From positions 1 through 52,583 of IMG/VR virus record IMGVR_UViG_3300010371_000043: DNA of 52,583 nt; one strand, written 5' to 3'. The translations under genes were made by a program, and so were the position numbers. Of the stretch, positions 9,645-18,418 are shown in pieces. Each line of letters opens with the position of its first letter. Position 1 is the stretch's first letter. The notes beneath the pieces are model-generated. The model saw nothing but the letters and a program-made list of their open reading frames with translations, had not been told where the DNA came from and ran no database searches. The DNA is from a virus. Taxonomy: Duplodnaviria > Caudoviricetes.

Positions 9645-10939
9645 CAGTGCATTCCCATCCGCTGCGTGGCTTCGTGCATCATGCGAGCCTTGCGGGTCTT
9701 CGCGATGATGTTCTGGAAGAACTCTTGGCCCTTATGTGCAACGACGTCCTTCGGCACGACGAACTCGCCGGCGTTGACGTTGGCGTGGACGTCATCCGTC
9801 TGCTGGCCGCGCGACGGCGACATGCTGGGGGTGACGGGGCCGCCCGGCTTGAAGTTCTGGATGAGACCACCCTGCGCGTAGTCGCCGCTGTTGTCCGAGT
9901 AGTCGCTGGTCGCGGTGTTATAGTCAGTCGGCAGGGCGCTGTAGTCGATGCCGCCCCCGCCATCGGTATTATCACTACCCCAATTTGGGTACAGAATGCC
10001 CGCGTCCGGTTGCGATCCGCCGCCACCGCCGCCACCGCCCATACCGGCGCTGTTGGGGTCGCCGGCGTTGCCAGTCGGCATGTCCATCCCCCACGCCGGA
10101 CCGGAATTACTGATCGGCCCATTCGGGAACGGATTGCTCGCCCCACCGCCGGACCCACCGCCGCCGTCATCCGGGAACGGATTGTTCGAGTTGCTGGTGC
10201 TGAACGAGCCACCATGCGATGTCTGGGCAACCGGCGAGAGCGGGATGCCCATCGCGGTCTTGAGATAGTCGTTGCCAACGTGCATCAGGTTGGCGCCGGT
10301 GTTGGCGTTTGCGTCCGTCGCGTTGGCCGCGCCGGTGTTCGCCGCGGTAGCGACGTTGTTGACGTTAGCAATGGCGCCCGGCAGTTGCGCGCCGACCTGC
10401 ACCGCCTCGGACCGCAGGCGCTGCCCGGTGGCGATATCGGCGTTGCGCTGGGTATTCTCTGCGCCCGCGACGTTGGCCGCGTTCTGGACCGCCGCAGCCT
10501 TGTCAAGCGCAGCGTAACGCCCTGAAGATGGGTCGATGCCGTAGGACTTCAGGGCCTCCTCGCTGTTGTGGAGCGCCGCGTCGCCAGCCTGTGCTTGGGT
10601 GGCGCCGGCTTGGCCCATGTCTACGGCCATACGCGCAGGCGAGGCGTAGCTGTTAGCGTCAGCGACGAGTTGCGCGTTCTCCGGTGCGAAGAGATTGTTG
10701 TATTGTCCAGTGAGCCCCTGCGAGAACGCGTTCATGTTCTGGGAGGTCTGGAAGAAATTCTGGACGGCCTGATTGGTGACGGACGAGGTCTGCGCGAAGA
10801 CGCCCTGCGCCCAGTTGACCATCTGGCTGGCCAAGCCCGCGGCCACGCCCGAAAGCTGATCCAGAATACCGTTTTCTGGCGTCGATACGACGGTCGGCGT
10901 GGAGGAACTAAAGCTGCTACCCGAGGATGTGCCGGCCAT
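9644..10939 (-). CDS. putative DNA-ejection/pilot protein
   Basis: 431 aa Ala/Gln/Asn-rich; C-terminal YAQGG...GGPV...TDDV.ANVNAGEFVVPKDVV motif as seen in phage ejection/tape-measure C-termini. Confidence 0.65.
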   Translation of the reverse strand: MAGTSSGSSFSSSTPTVVSTPENGILDQLSGVAAGLASQMVNWAQGVFAQTSSVTNQAVQNFFQTSQNMNAFSQGLTGQYNNLFAPENAQLVADANSYASPARMAVDMGQAGATQAQAGDAALHNSEEALKSYGIDPSSGRYAALDKAAAVQNAANVAGAENTQRNADIATGQRLRSEAVQVGAQLPGAIANVNNVATAANTGAANATDANANTGANLMHVGNDYLKTAMGIPLSPVAQTSHGGSFSTSNSNNPFPDDGGGGSGGGASNPFPNGPISNSGPAWGMDMPTGNAGDPNSAGMGGGGGGGGSQPDAGILYPNWGSDNTDGGGGIDYSALPTDYNTATSDYSDNSGDYAQGGLIQNFKPGGPVTPSMSPSRGQQTDDVHANVNAGEFVVPKDVVAHKGQEFFQNIIAKTRKARMMHEATQRMGMH

Positions 10940-10982
10940 GGAGAAACCCCAAATTGTGCCCTTCTGGGATACGCCAGCGCCC

Positions 10983-10997
10983 TTAAAGCGAGGTTAA
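10983..10997 (-). promoter_or_regulatory. CtrA-like box (perfect)
   Basis: TTAA-AGCGAGG-TTAA(C), intergenic, 44 nt upstream of ATG 10939; TATCCC 11 nt downstream. Confidence 0.7.
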
Positions 10998-11002
10998 CCG
11001 GC

Positions 11003-11590
11003 TCAGAAGGGGCCGGTCACGAGGAGATTGCTGGGGTCCACCAGAAATGTCGCGTCAAATTGTTTGAACGGAAAGATTGCTATTGAACTAACCGCCCCCG
11101 GGCCCCCCATCGGCATTCCCGCTTTCAATGATTTGTAGGTGCTCACCCTGACGTTCGTCTCACCTGTCAAAGGGTTCACATTGAAAAAATGTAGGTGGAA
11201 CGGGCTTTTCGGGAGGCTGGAAAACTTCAAAAGAATGTCACACGCACTAACAGGCGGGGGAAACTGTATGCCATAGCCGGCGCCGAACCCAGCCATTTCC
11301 GCGCCAGCCTCGGTGGTAAGGGTGTGCGTCAAATCCGCCGCGGTAATAATGTGGGGGAGTGGCGTTGCGCTGAATGGCGTCGTGCCGCTCTGTCTAATCA
11401 GCGTAAAGCCCGGCGTCCCACCAGCCTGATCTGGGAAATTAACAGTGAGACCATAGTTCGGCTGTAGGCCCCCGAACCCTTGAGCCCCAGATAACAGAAG
11501 CCATGAGCCGGAACCAAAATGGACACTGACGATCCGCGACAGAAAGCCCAGATTGATCGGCGTGATGCCGGATGTATCAGGTTCAGCCAC
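11003..11590 (-). CDS. hypothetical virion-associated protein
   Basis: 195 aa, beta-rich, GTG start overlapping the upstream gene end; looks lower in GC than its neighbours. Confidence 0.55.
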   Translation of the reverse strand: MAEPDTSGITPINLGFLSRIVSVHFGSGSWLLLSGAQGFGGLQPNYGLTVNFPDQAGGTPGFTLIRQSGTTPFSATPLPHIITAADLTHTLTTEAGAEMAGFGAGYGIQFPPPVSACDILLKFSSLPKSPFHLHFFNVNPLTGETNVRVSTYKSLKAGMPMGGPGAVSSIAIFPFKQFDATFLVDPSNLLVTGPF

Positions 11591-11942
11591 GATTATATGT
11601 CCACGTTTGCTTGCCGGCTTTCATGATCAACTGGTTGGTCTGCTCGACGTCGACCCAGTTCTCGCTGGTCTTGTCGCCATTCTGGAAAACGCGCACGGTC
11701 TCGGTCACGCGCTTGCTCTCGGTGAAGGACCCCGGAGCCGACGGCGAAGAAATAGTGCCACCGGTATTGTTGACGGTGGTGATCTGGTTGGTGATGGTTT
11801 GGAGCACCTGTCGCATCGTGTTGACGGTATGCACAAGGGATTGCAGGTCGGGCTGCGCAGGCGGGATCGACGGGATGTTGACCGGTTGGGGCTGGTTCTT
11901 CGGAGTGACCGGCGGGATATGACAGACTGTCGGATCGACCAT
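11583..11942 (-). CDS. hypothetical tail-associated protein
   Basis: 119 aa directly downstream of the tail nozzle gene. Confidence 0.6.
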   Translation of the reverse strand: MVDPTVCHIPPVTPKNQPQPVNIPSIPPAQPDLQSLVHTVNTMRQVLQTITNQITTVNNTGGTISSPSAPGSFTESKRVTETVRVFQNGDKTSENWVDVEQTNQLIMKAGKQTWTYNRG

Positions 11943-11954
11943 GATTACGCGTCC

Positions 11955-14684
11955 TTAGACTTGGGCGAGGGCCTTGACGGACGTGCCCACTTGGATGTTG
12001 GAGATTGGCACGCGCGCCGTCACCTCGAAGTACCACGTCTCGTGTTTGGTATCGCCAAGGATACGCAGCAACTCCTGCGGCTTGCGAATTTCCCGCACCG
12101 TGATCAGCACGTCGTTCCCGGAGAACACCCTGATGAAACCGTACCGATCGGGAGGAAGCGTGTTCCAGAACGGGTCGTCGGTGGCATTTTCGGCCCGCAC
12201 GGGATTGAGCGCCGGCGTGCCCGGGGGGATCGTGAACTGGATGCGCATGGCAGCGAAGTTCTTCCGCGACCCCTGCTGCAGCTTCTTTGATCGCCACGTG
12301 TAGACGGTGCTCACCGGCGCCGGGTCGGAGAAGTCGTAGTAGTAGATCGCGTTGTTCTGGATAAGCAGAGCAACCGCTGACCAGTGATCAATGGTGAGGT
12401 TGTCCAGCAACAGTCCGTTCGGATTATCGAGTAGGTTGAACCCAATGCGGTGCCCACCCGGCTGAGGCCAGATCGTAAAGCTCTGAGTATCTGTCGAGCT
12501 AAGCTCGATAGTAAAGCCCCTGTCAGCCTCGCTGGCGTCACCATTGCGAATACTCCCCATGGCAAAATATTGCGAGACGAGGAAGATCGCATTGAGGTTC
12601 TTCTGCGAAGTGAGTTGTTGCCACTTTTCGCGCGTGATCCACGTTTCACTGGTGTTCATTACCTGACCGAACTGCGTGACGAGGATCAGCCCGTTTCGCG
12701 AGGCATAATAGACCCCCGTGGTATTGCCGAGGATGCTCTTGCGCGAATGGCAGGGTTCACTGTTCTGAACTTTCACTGTTGACATGGAGCCCGGCGCAAC
12801 GCCTGTGGCGATGTAGGGGGCGCCAGTCGTGCAGGCGACGACACTCGATGCGGTGACGCCGAGACCGACGATCGGATATTCGGTCGTCAACGTATAGGAC
12901 GCAGGCCACGCGTGCGGCCGATACGGTTCGGCGAACCAGATTTCATTGCCGACCCAGCCGACGGACATTCCGTTCGGCATGGAGATAATCCCCTGCAGAC
13001 CGGGCGGCGGTGGGGTCCATAGCTGGCTCTGCAGTTGGAAGTTCCCCACGATCACGTCATCGGTGATGATGTCGGAATACACCGCTGTGGAGATATCCAT
13101 GTCCGCGATCCAGAAGAACGTCGTCGGACCCGCCTGCGAGGTGATGGTGCGGTAGAGGCGAATTTTCGTGAGGTTGCGGACGACGCCAAGCTGATCGGGT
13201 GGCGGCTCGAACAGATTGATGGTCCACGTCCCATTCGACCAGCCGGTCTCTACCGTCGCCGGGCTGGGGGCGCTCTCCTCGTCATATTCGGTGAGATACG
13301 TGTAGACGTAGCCGCGCGCCTCCAAAACGGACGAGGACGTGAGATCGCCCCACACTTGCAACTCGGCGAACCCAACCGATAGTTGATTGATCACCGGCGG
13401 GGCGCCGTTCGCGAACGTGTTCAGGCTGACGACGCCCTTCGAGCCAGCGTCATCGGCGACCTGCACCGAGAACGCCGTGTCGGTCATGTAGCCGATCCAG
13501 TATTGCACATTCATCAAGAGCCCAGTCGGGTTGACGAACGCGCTGGATACCTGTGCGCCGGCGGTGACGCCCGTGACCAGCGCACCGAGATTTTGTAGCT
13601 CGTGCGGCGAGCCATTGAGATCGTTGTAGAGCACCCCCACGACCTGTGCCGCGGTGTTGGTGGACGCCGGCATGAGCGTGATGTCGTTGAGGATCATCGC
13701 GCCCTGCGGCGTGATCGGCACAAGATAGAGAATATTAGACCCGGGGTCCCCTGTTTTGGTCGACGTAGTCGTCGGGAAGCCAAGCGTCACTGCATCGCCG
13801 CCGCCGCTTACCGTCACACCGGGCGCGCAGCCGGGCGCCGGGACGCCGAGGAGCCACGCCGGCTGGCCTGCCTCGATGCGGGCGCGGGTGTTATACATCG
13901 GGGGTAGGGAAGGGCTGGCGAAATAGTAGCGGTCGAACGTGTCATCCACCACCGGCGATCGCATAACGTCGGTGTCGGGATCGACGAACTCCATCCAGAT
14001 GCTGGCGCCCGTGATCGAGCTATCGAATGTCTGGTTGAGGCCGCCATTGAGGACGCTGGTGGCGTTACCGCCGTTGGTCCACTGCATCCGCACGCCGCCG
14101 GTGCTCTCGCTTACCGTCGTGGTGTTATAAGCAGCGCCAAAGGTCGGTGCATTCACTTGGATGCGCACCGGCCCGATGGCGAGAATATTAGTCGTCTGTG
14201 GCGAGGTCTGATCAATCGCGGGGTTGGCGATGGTGCCCGTCCCGTAGGAGACACCCTCATTGGTCGCAAGACCGTTATCTTGCGTCAAGGCCGCGAACAG
14301 GTTGGTGGCCGCGTTCACGGTGCTCCCGCCGATATTCACGTCATAGGCGTTTGTTACCGTGGCGGTAAACTTATAGGTTTCCTCGCCGATGAAGACCGTG
14401 TCGCCTTCGAGTGGCGTCGACAGGAATGTGAGGAGGGCGGTCGCCACCGCCTGCACCGTCGAGGGCAGGCGGTACGCGAATTTGGCGGCGGTGTTCGTCA
14501 GGTTGCGCAACAGCTTCGGCTGACGCCAGCCGGCCAGTTCACCCGAGAAAAGATAGGTGTCCAGCGCCGATGTGGCTTGGCCGTCCGGGAGTAATCTATC
14601 CGACCACGCGGGCAACTGCCCCCCAAATTGTTGTAATTTAAAGCTGTCCGGTTTCGACGGCGGATTTGGTCCCTGCTGCGCCAT
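11955..14684 (-). CDS. tail tubular protein B/nozzle (stabilization protein)
   Basis: 909 aa; LLGVPAP, YVYTYLTEYDEESAPSP, EIWFAEPYRPHAWP, YTWRSK motifs typical of podovirus tail stabilization proteins. Confidence 0.75.
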   Translation of the reverse strand: MAQQGPNPPSKPDSFKLQQFGGQLPAWSDRLLPDGQATSALDTYLFSGELAGWRQPKLLRNLTNTAAKFAYRLPSTVQAVATALLTFLSTPLEGDTVFIGEETYKFTATVTNAYDVNIGGSTVNAATNLFAALTQDNGLATNEGVSYGTGTIANPAIDQTSPQTTNILAIGPVRIQVNAPTFGAAYNTTTVSESTGGVRMQWTNGGNATSVLNGGLNQTFDSSITGASIWMEFVDPDTDVMRSPVVDDTFDRYYFASPSLPPMYNTRARIEAGQPAWLLGVPAPGCAPGVTVSGGGDAVTLGFPTTTSTKTGDPGSNILYLVPITPQGAMILNDITLMPASTNTAAQVVGVLYNDLNGSPHELQNLGALVTGVTAGAQVSSAFVNPTGLLMNVQYWIGYMTDTAFSVQVADDAGSKGVVSLNTFANGAPPVINQLSVGFAELQVWGDLTSSSVLEARGYVYTYLTEYDEESAPSPATVETGWSNGTWTINLFEPPPDQLGVVRNLTKIRLYRTITSQAGPTTFFWIADMDISTAVYSDIITDDVIVGNFQLQSQLWTPPPPGLQGIISMPNGMSVGWVGNEIWFAEPYRPHAWPASYTLTTEYPIVGLGVTASSVVACTTGAPYIATGVAPGSMSTVKVQNSEPCHSRKSILGNTTGVYYASRNGLILVTQFGQVMNTSETWITREKWQQLTSQKNLNAIFLVSQYFAMGSIRNGDASEADRGFTIELSSTDTQSFTIWPQPGGHRIGFNLLDNPNGLLLDNLTIDHWSAVALLIQNNAIYYYDFSDPAPVSTVYTWRSKKLQQGSRKNFAAMRIQFTIPPGTPALNPVRAENATDDPFWNTLPPDRYGFIRVFSGNDVLITVREIRKPQELLRILGDTKHETWYFEVTARVPISNIQVGTSVKALAQV
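14353..14369. promoter_or_regulatory. palindrome copy 3 (1 mismatch, intragenic)
   Basis: GTTACCGTGGCGGTAAA. Confidence 0.5.
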
Positions 14685-15093
14685 TTAAATACTCGGCTCC
14701 CGCCAGTAGGTGGTTGGGTTTATCGCGTGCGTGACCCAACATTCTATTACAGTGGTGACAAAGAATACCCCGAACTCGGCTCGTTTGGTGATCGTGATCC
14801 GTCGCCCAGTTCTTGCCGCCCGGCTGATCCGTCCGGCAGATGGCACACTTAGACCCCTGATTGGTAAAAATTTCATTCCATGCTTCGGGGGTAAGCCCAT
14901 AGTGACGTTTAAGATCGTGTTTTCGCATACTCACCCGGTATCTCTCCGGGTTCTTTAGCCGCCATAACTTTCCCTGTAGTCGCGCCCGTTCACGGCCTTC
15001 GGGTGACGTGAGATACGCTCCGCGCGTCACCTTTCGCTTTGCTTTTCCGTGGGATGACTGGCTGTAGCGCCGTTTTGCTTCGGACGCCGCCAT
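14638..15093 (-). CDS. endonuclease VII-family (HNH-like) nuclease
   Basis: YGLT...QGSKCAIC...DHDHQTSRVRGILCHHCN.MLG signature. Confidence 0.9.
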   Translation of the reverse strand: MAASEAKRRYSQSSHGKAKRKVTRGAYLTSPEGRERARLQGKLWRLKNPERYRVSMRKHDLKRHYGLTPEAWNEIFTNQGSKCAICRTDQPGGKNWATDHDHQTSRVRGILCHHCNRMLGHARDKPNHLLAGAEYLNGAAGTKSAVETGQL

Positions 15094-15716
15094 TATCCTC
15101 GGCTGACCCCCGCGACCACGCCATTGGGCGCGTCGATGGTAGGATCGGGTACTGCGTCACCCGGACGATAAACCGGCGTTGTATAGCCCTCTTTCGTGCG
15201 GTCCTCCGTTGGAACGGGCCGCATGGCCTGCTGGGCCTGCGCCCGAGCGACGGCACGACGACCGGCTTCAAGTTCCTCTTCCCGCCGCGATAGCTGGCGC
15301 TCCGTCATCGGGGGCGGCACATAGGGCGCGGGCTTCTTCTCGGCGTGCTTGCGCATCGCTTCGAGGAGGGCGTCACGACCCTGCGAGGCGATCGCCGCGA
15401 GGGAGATTTCGGGCTCCGGTATCTCAACCGGCGCGTTCGAGGTGGGTCGTCCCTCCATAGCGGCAGCAACCTGCTCGTCGAGCGCCTTCGCGGCAGCGAC
15501 GGCCTCAGCCTGCGCGGCTTCCTCCGCGAGAGCGTCCGCCTTTGTAGGCCCCTGCTGCTGATCCACTGATGCTTCCACCAGCGTCTCCTCGTTCGTTTCC
15601 TGCACTTCCGGCATTGACTTCTCCTGTGGATGCTCCGGGGGTTGTGGAGCGGTAGGCGCCGTGATCGGCGCGTTCAGACCGGCCCTGTGAGAGCCGTGAT
15701 GCTTGTTCTTGGACAT
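15093..15716 (-). CDS. hypothetical protein, 207 aa
   Basis: Start reassigned to MSKNKHHG, just after the upstream stop at 15722; Ala/Glu/Pro-rich. Confidence 0.6.
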   Translation of the reverse strand: MSKNKHHGSHRAGLNAPITAPTAPQPPEHPQEKSMPEVQETNEETLVEASVDQQQGPTKADALAEEAAQAEAVAAAKALDEQVAAAMEGRPTSNAPVEIPEPEISLAAIASQGRDALLEAMRKHAEKKPAPYVPPPMTERQLSRREEELEAGRRAVARAQAQQAMRPVPTEDRTKEGYTTPVYRPGDAVPDPTIDAPNGVVAGVSRG

Positions 15717-15721
15717 GCCGC

Positions 15722-15901
15722 TTACTTCCCACGGGCTTTGGCGAATGTCTGGGCAAGACGCGCTTCCTTGCCGAGTTTGCCGGGCGCGTTGCGCTCCTTG
15801 GCGGCGTAAGCAGCAGTGCTCATACCTGCGCGTTCGGCCTTGGCCTTGAACACCCCCTTGCGAGAAGGCTTCACGGCGTCTTTCATCCAGTTGGCACTCA
15901 T
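15722..15901 (-). CDS. small basic protein, 59 aa
   Basis: MSANWMKDAVK...GKLGKEARLAQTF; ATGA coupling. Confidence 0.65.
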   Translation of the reverse strand: MSANWMKDAVKPSRKGVFKAKAERAGMSTAAYAAKERNAPGKLGKEARLAQTFAKARGK

Positions 15902-16377
15902 TTCGAGGGCTCCGCAGTTGGTGCCGCAGCCACAAGAGGCGGACACGGTTTGACGATTTCCTGTGCGTCGATCATCAGGAAATCAGGATGGTTGCGCGGC
16001 TCCGCGAAATGGTGTTTCACAAGCACCCTATGGAGCCGTTCGACGTTGTTGTAAAGCTCCCACATCATCGCCGTCATGATCGGCGCGTAGTGGGGCTTGA
16101 TCTCGGGGTGTCCCGGGTAGATCGTCGATGCTGAGTGGAAACCGAACTCTGCGTTGCGCGTCGCGCAGATATGGTCGATGGGAATAAACACCAGAACCAA
16201 CGTACAGGCGCTGTCGCATTCCCCCTCGATCCGCACGTCGGTCCGCTGATTGTACCACGTCACATATTTCGTGATGTAGTCGAAGATAACGCCGCCGCCG
16301 TCGTGGGTGATGGTCTCGTCGGCGGCGGTGGCTGGGGCCGCAAAGAGAAGGGCAACTACGAGCAGGAGGGCTTTCAT
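15898..16377 (-). CDS. secreted ClpP/crotonase-like protein
   Basis: Signal peptide MKALLLVVALLFAAPATA; DGGG...IEGECDSACT...AEFGFH motifs. Confidence 0.65.
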   Translation of the reverse strand: MKALLLVVALLFAAPATAADETITHDGGGVIFDYITKYVTWYNQRTDVRIEGECDSACTLVLVFIPIDHICATRNAEFGFHSASTIYPGHPEIKPHYAPIMTAMMWELYNNVERLHRVLVKHHFAEPRNHPDFLMIDAQEIVKPCPPLVAAAPTAEPSK

Positions 16378-16796
16378 CACTGATCCTTCCGATTGAAGAA
16401 CATGTGGCCGGTGGCGAGGATCGTGTTCGAGCCGAACAGACAGGCGATGATGGTCTTGGCCCAGTCCGCGACATCGCCGTGGATTGCCGGCGTAGAGCCC
16501 CAGCCGAGCATCGTGTCCCACACGACGACCTTGGCTTCATAGGCGGCCCATGGCAGGGAGAACGCGAGGGTGAGGAAGAGGAGCGCCTTGGAGCCGGCGA
16601 TAACCTGCAACCCAGCGATGCGCGCGTGCTCCGCAACGGCCTCGGCATTGACCATCGTAGTGGCCATGGTGACATCGCCGCCGATACGCGCCGTAGTGAT
16701 CGCGACCTTGGCGTTGTACGCCGCGGCGACCCACCCGGTGGCGAGCGTGCTCAGCCCGGGGATCAGATGCAGCACGGTCATGACGACGCCGAGCAT
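16377..16796 (-). CDS. membrane protein, holin candidate
   Basis: 139 aa with several hydrophobic segments, in the lysis cassette. Confidence 0.55.
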   Translation of the reverse strand: MLGVVMTVLHLIPGLSTLATGWVAAAYNAKVAITTARIGGDVTMATTMVNAEAVAEHARIAGLQVIAGSKALLFLTLAFSLPWAAYEAKVVVWDTMLGWGSTPAIHGDVADWAKTIIACLFGSNTILATGHMFFNRKDQ

Positions 16797-17041
16797 TACT
16801 TCTTGTCCTCGTCGCCGTGCCAGTCTTCCTTGTACCGGCGCAGGCTCTCAGTGATGAAGGCGTTGGCCATCAGCCAATAAGCCATCTGCTTATGGTCGGT
16901 GATGAACGGCGACATATCGGTCTGTGAGACCGCCAGCCATGCTGGTCCGACGAGCGCCTGCACGCGCGCAAAGACGATGATATGGCTTCCATGAAAGCTC
17001 TCACGGAAGTAGGTCCATTTGCCTTTCACAAATTCCCACAT
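16796..17041 (-). CDS. small membrane protein, holin/antiholin candidate
   Basis: 81 aa, two weakly hydrophobic segments and a charged C-terminus, next to the endolysin. Confidence 0.5.
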   Translation of the reverse strand: MWEFVKGKWTYFRESFHGSHIIVFARVQALVGPAWLAVSQTDMSPFITDHKQMAYWLMANAFITESLRRYKEDWHGDEDKK

Positions 17042-17052
17042 AGTGCGAACTC

Positions 17053-17802
17053 CTACAGATGAACTGTTGCGTTGGCCTTAGCGGCGGCACCAGCCGCCCA
17101 CGCTTCGTAGGCGACACCAACCGCCAACATGGCTGCTACGACACCGGCGACAACCTTCCAGTCGTATCCAGCGGCGTGTGCAGCAACCGCACCGCCAACC
17201 GTCCCGCCGCCTGTGGCAGTCCCGGCGGTTTTCGGCACGTGCGTGGCCTTCGGCTGCGCCACGTGCGTCAAATCGGGGGCTGGCATCGGGATATGGGGCG
17301 CCCCCGCAAGGCTCTCGCAATATTGCCGAAGGTCAGCTACGCGCGCCCCCCATCCATGCCCAAACTCAGCCCATGCGCTACCGCCGCGTATCGCGTGCAT
17401 AAATGCAAGGCGCTCGTCGCACATCCGGTTGACGAAGTCGGCGGCCGGGATAGTCGTCCCGTATTTCTTGAATATTTCGTTGCGCGCGAGCATCGCGCGC
17501 GACACCCCGCTGTTGATAGCGTAGTCCAGCGTGCAGCAGTCCTCACCGGCGGGCTCCACATCGAAGTTGACGCCAGCGGCGTACTTCGTCTGGTAAATCT
17601 TCTCGGCGACATCGAGCGGCATCGCCTGCACGCGGGGTGCCCATGCCGACATGCTATCCATCTTCAAGTGGAGATAGTCCGCATAGTCGTAGCAGGTGAT
17701 CCCATATTTCGTGGGACCACCCGGGTCTTTCTTGTTCCAACCGTAGCCACCCTCGTACTTTTGGATGACCCGGTCGATGAATGGTTGATAGTCAACCTGC
17801 AC
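17053..17802 (-). CDS. endolysin, glycoside hydrolase family 108, with hydrophobic C-terminus
   Basis: EGGY...DPGGPTKYGIT catalytic motif; DYAINSG; FGHGWGARV. Confidence 0.9.
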   Translation of the reverse strand: MQVDYQPFIDRVIQKYEGGYGWNKKDPGGPTKYGITCYDYADYLHLKMDSMSAWAPRVQAMPLDVAEKIYQTKYAAGVNFDVEPAGEDCCTLDYAINSGVSRAMLARNEIFKKYGTTIPAADFVNRMCDERLAFMHAIRGGSAWAEFGHGWGARVADLRQYCESLAGAPHIPMPAPDLTHVAQPKATHVPKTAGTATGGGTVGGAVAAHAAGYDWKVVAGVVAAMLAVGVAYEAWAAGAAAKANATVHL

Positions 17803-17812
17803 GGAGCACCTG

Positions 17813-18115
17813 TTAGGCGGCCGGGGCTACGGGCGCGGGAGCCGGTGGAGGAGCGACCGGGGCTACAGGCGCCGGGGCGATCGGCTTAACGGCCGGAACC
17901 GGCAGAGAGGCTAGCACGTGCGCGTGCGCGTTCGCTGCGGCGGTCTTGATGTTCGCGGCGGTGGTCTTCTCGACGCCGTTCAACGCCGTGCGGACGTCCG
18001 CCGGGATGCCCTTGACCCAGTCCTTGAGTTTGGTGCCAAGCGGGCTGAGACAGACGGCAGCGGTACCCACAACGCAGACCACGTTGAGTTCGAGAGCGGT
18101 GAGAAATGAGAACAT
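17813..18115 (-). CDS. hypothetical protein with N-terminal hydrophobic segment and Pro/Ala tail
   Basis: 100 aa, GGGAG RBS. Confidence 0.55.
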   Translation of the reverse strand: MFSFLTALELNVVCVVGTAAVCLSPLGTKLKDWVKGIPADVRTALNGVEKTTAANIKTAAANAHAHVLASLPVPAVKPIAPAPVAPVAPPPAPAPVAPAA

Positions 18116-18127
18116 GGGGGTCTCCCG

Positions 18128-18418
18128 TTACGGTGCAACGACGGTGAAGGTGATCGTGTCCTTCACGATCTCGCCTCGACTGTCGGTACCTTGCACGTCC
18201 ACCGTAAAGGTTTCATTAACGGCCCCCCCGTTGACGAAGAACACCCCTTCACCCTCGGGATTGACCGAAACTTGTGTAATAGTTGCGGACGTCGAGGACG
18301 CCGGGTCGATCACCGCGGTGAAGGCAGTGATAGTCGTCCCCGGATCGAGGAACTGCTCGTAATCGAGGATGTAGCGGATCACGTTGCCCGCGGTGTGGAA
18401 GAGGGACTTAAGTTTCAT
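18128..18418 (-). CDS. fibre-tail adaptor-like protein, 96 aa
   Basis: ATGA coupling; aligns by eye with the N-terminal ~95 aa of the 1102-aa spike (RYxxD..W/FL...F.V...S.G.I..D.I.FT). Confidence 0.6.
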   Translation of the reverse strand: MKLKSLFHTAGNVIRYILDYEQFLDPGTTITAFTAVIDPASSTSATITQVSVNPEGEGVFFVNGGAVNETFTVDVQGTDSRGEIVKDTITFTVVAP

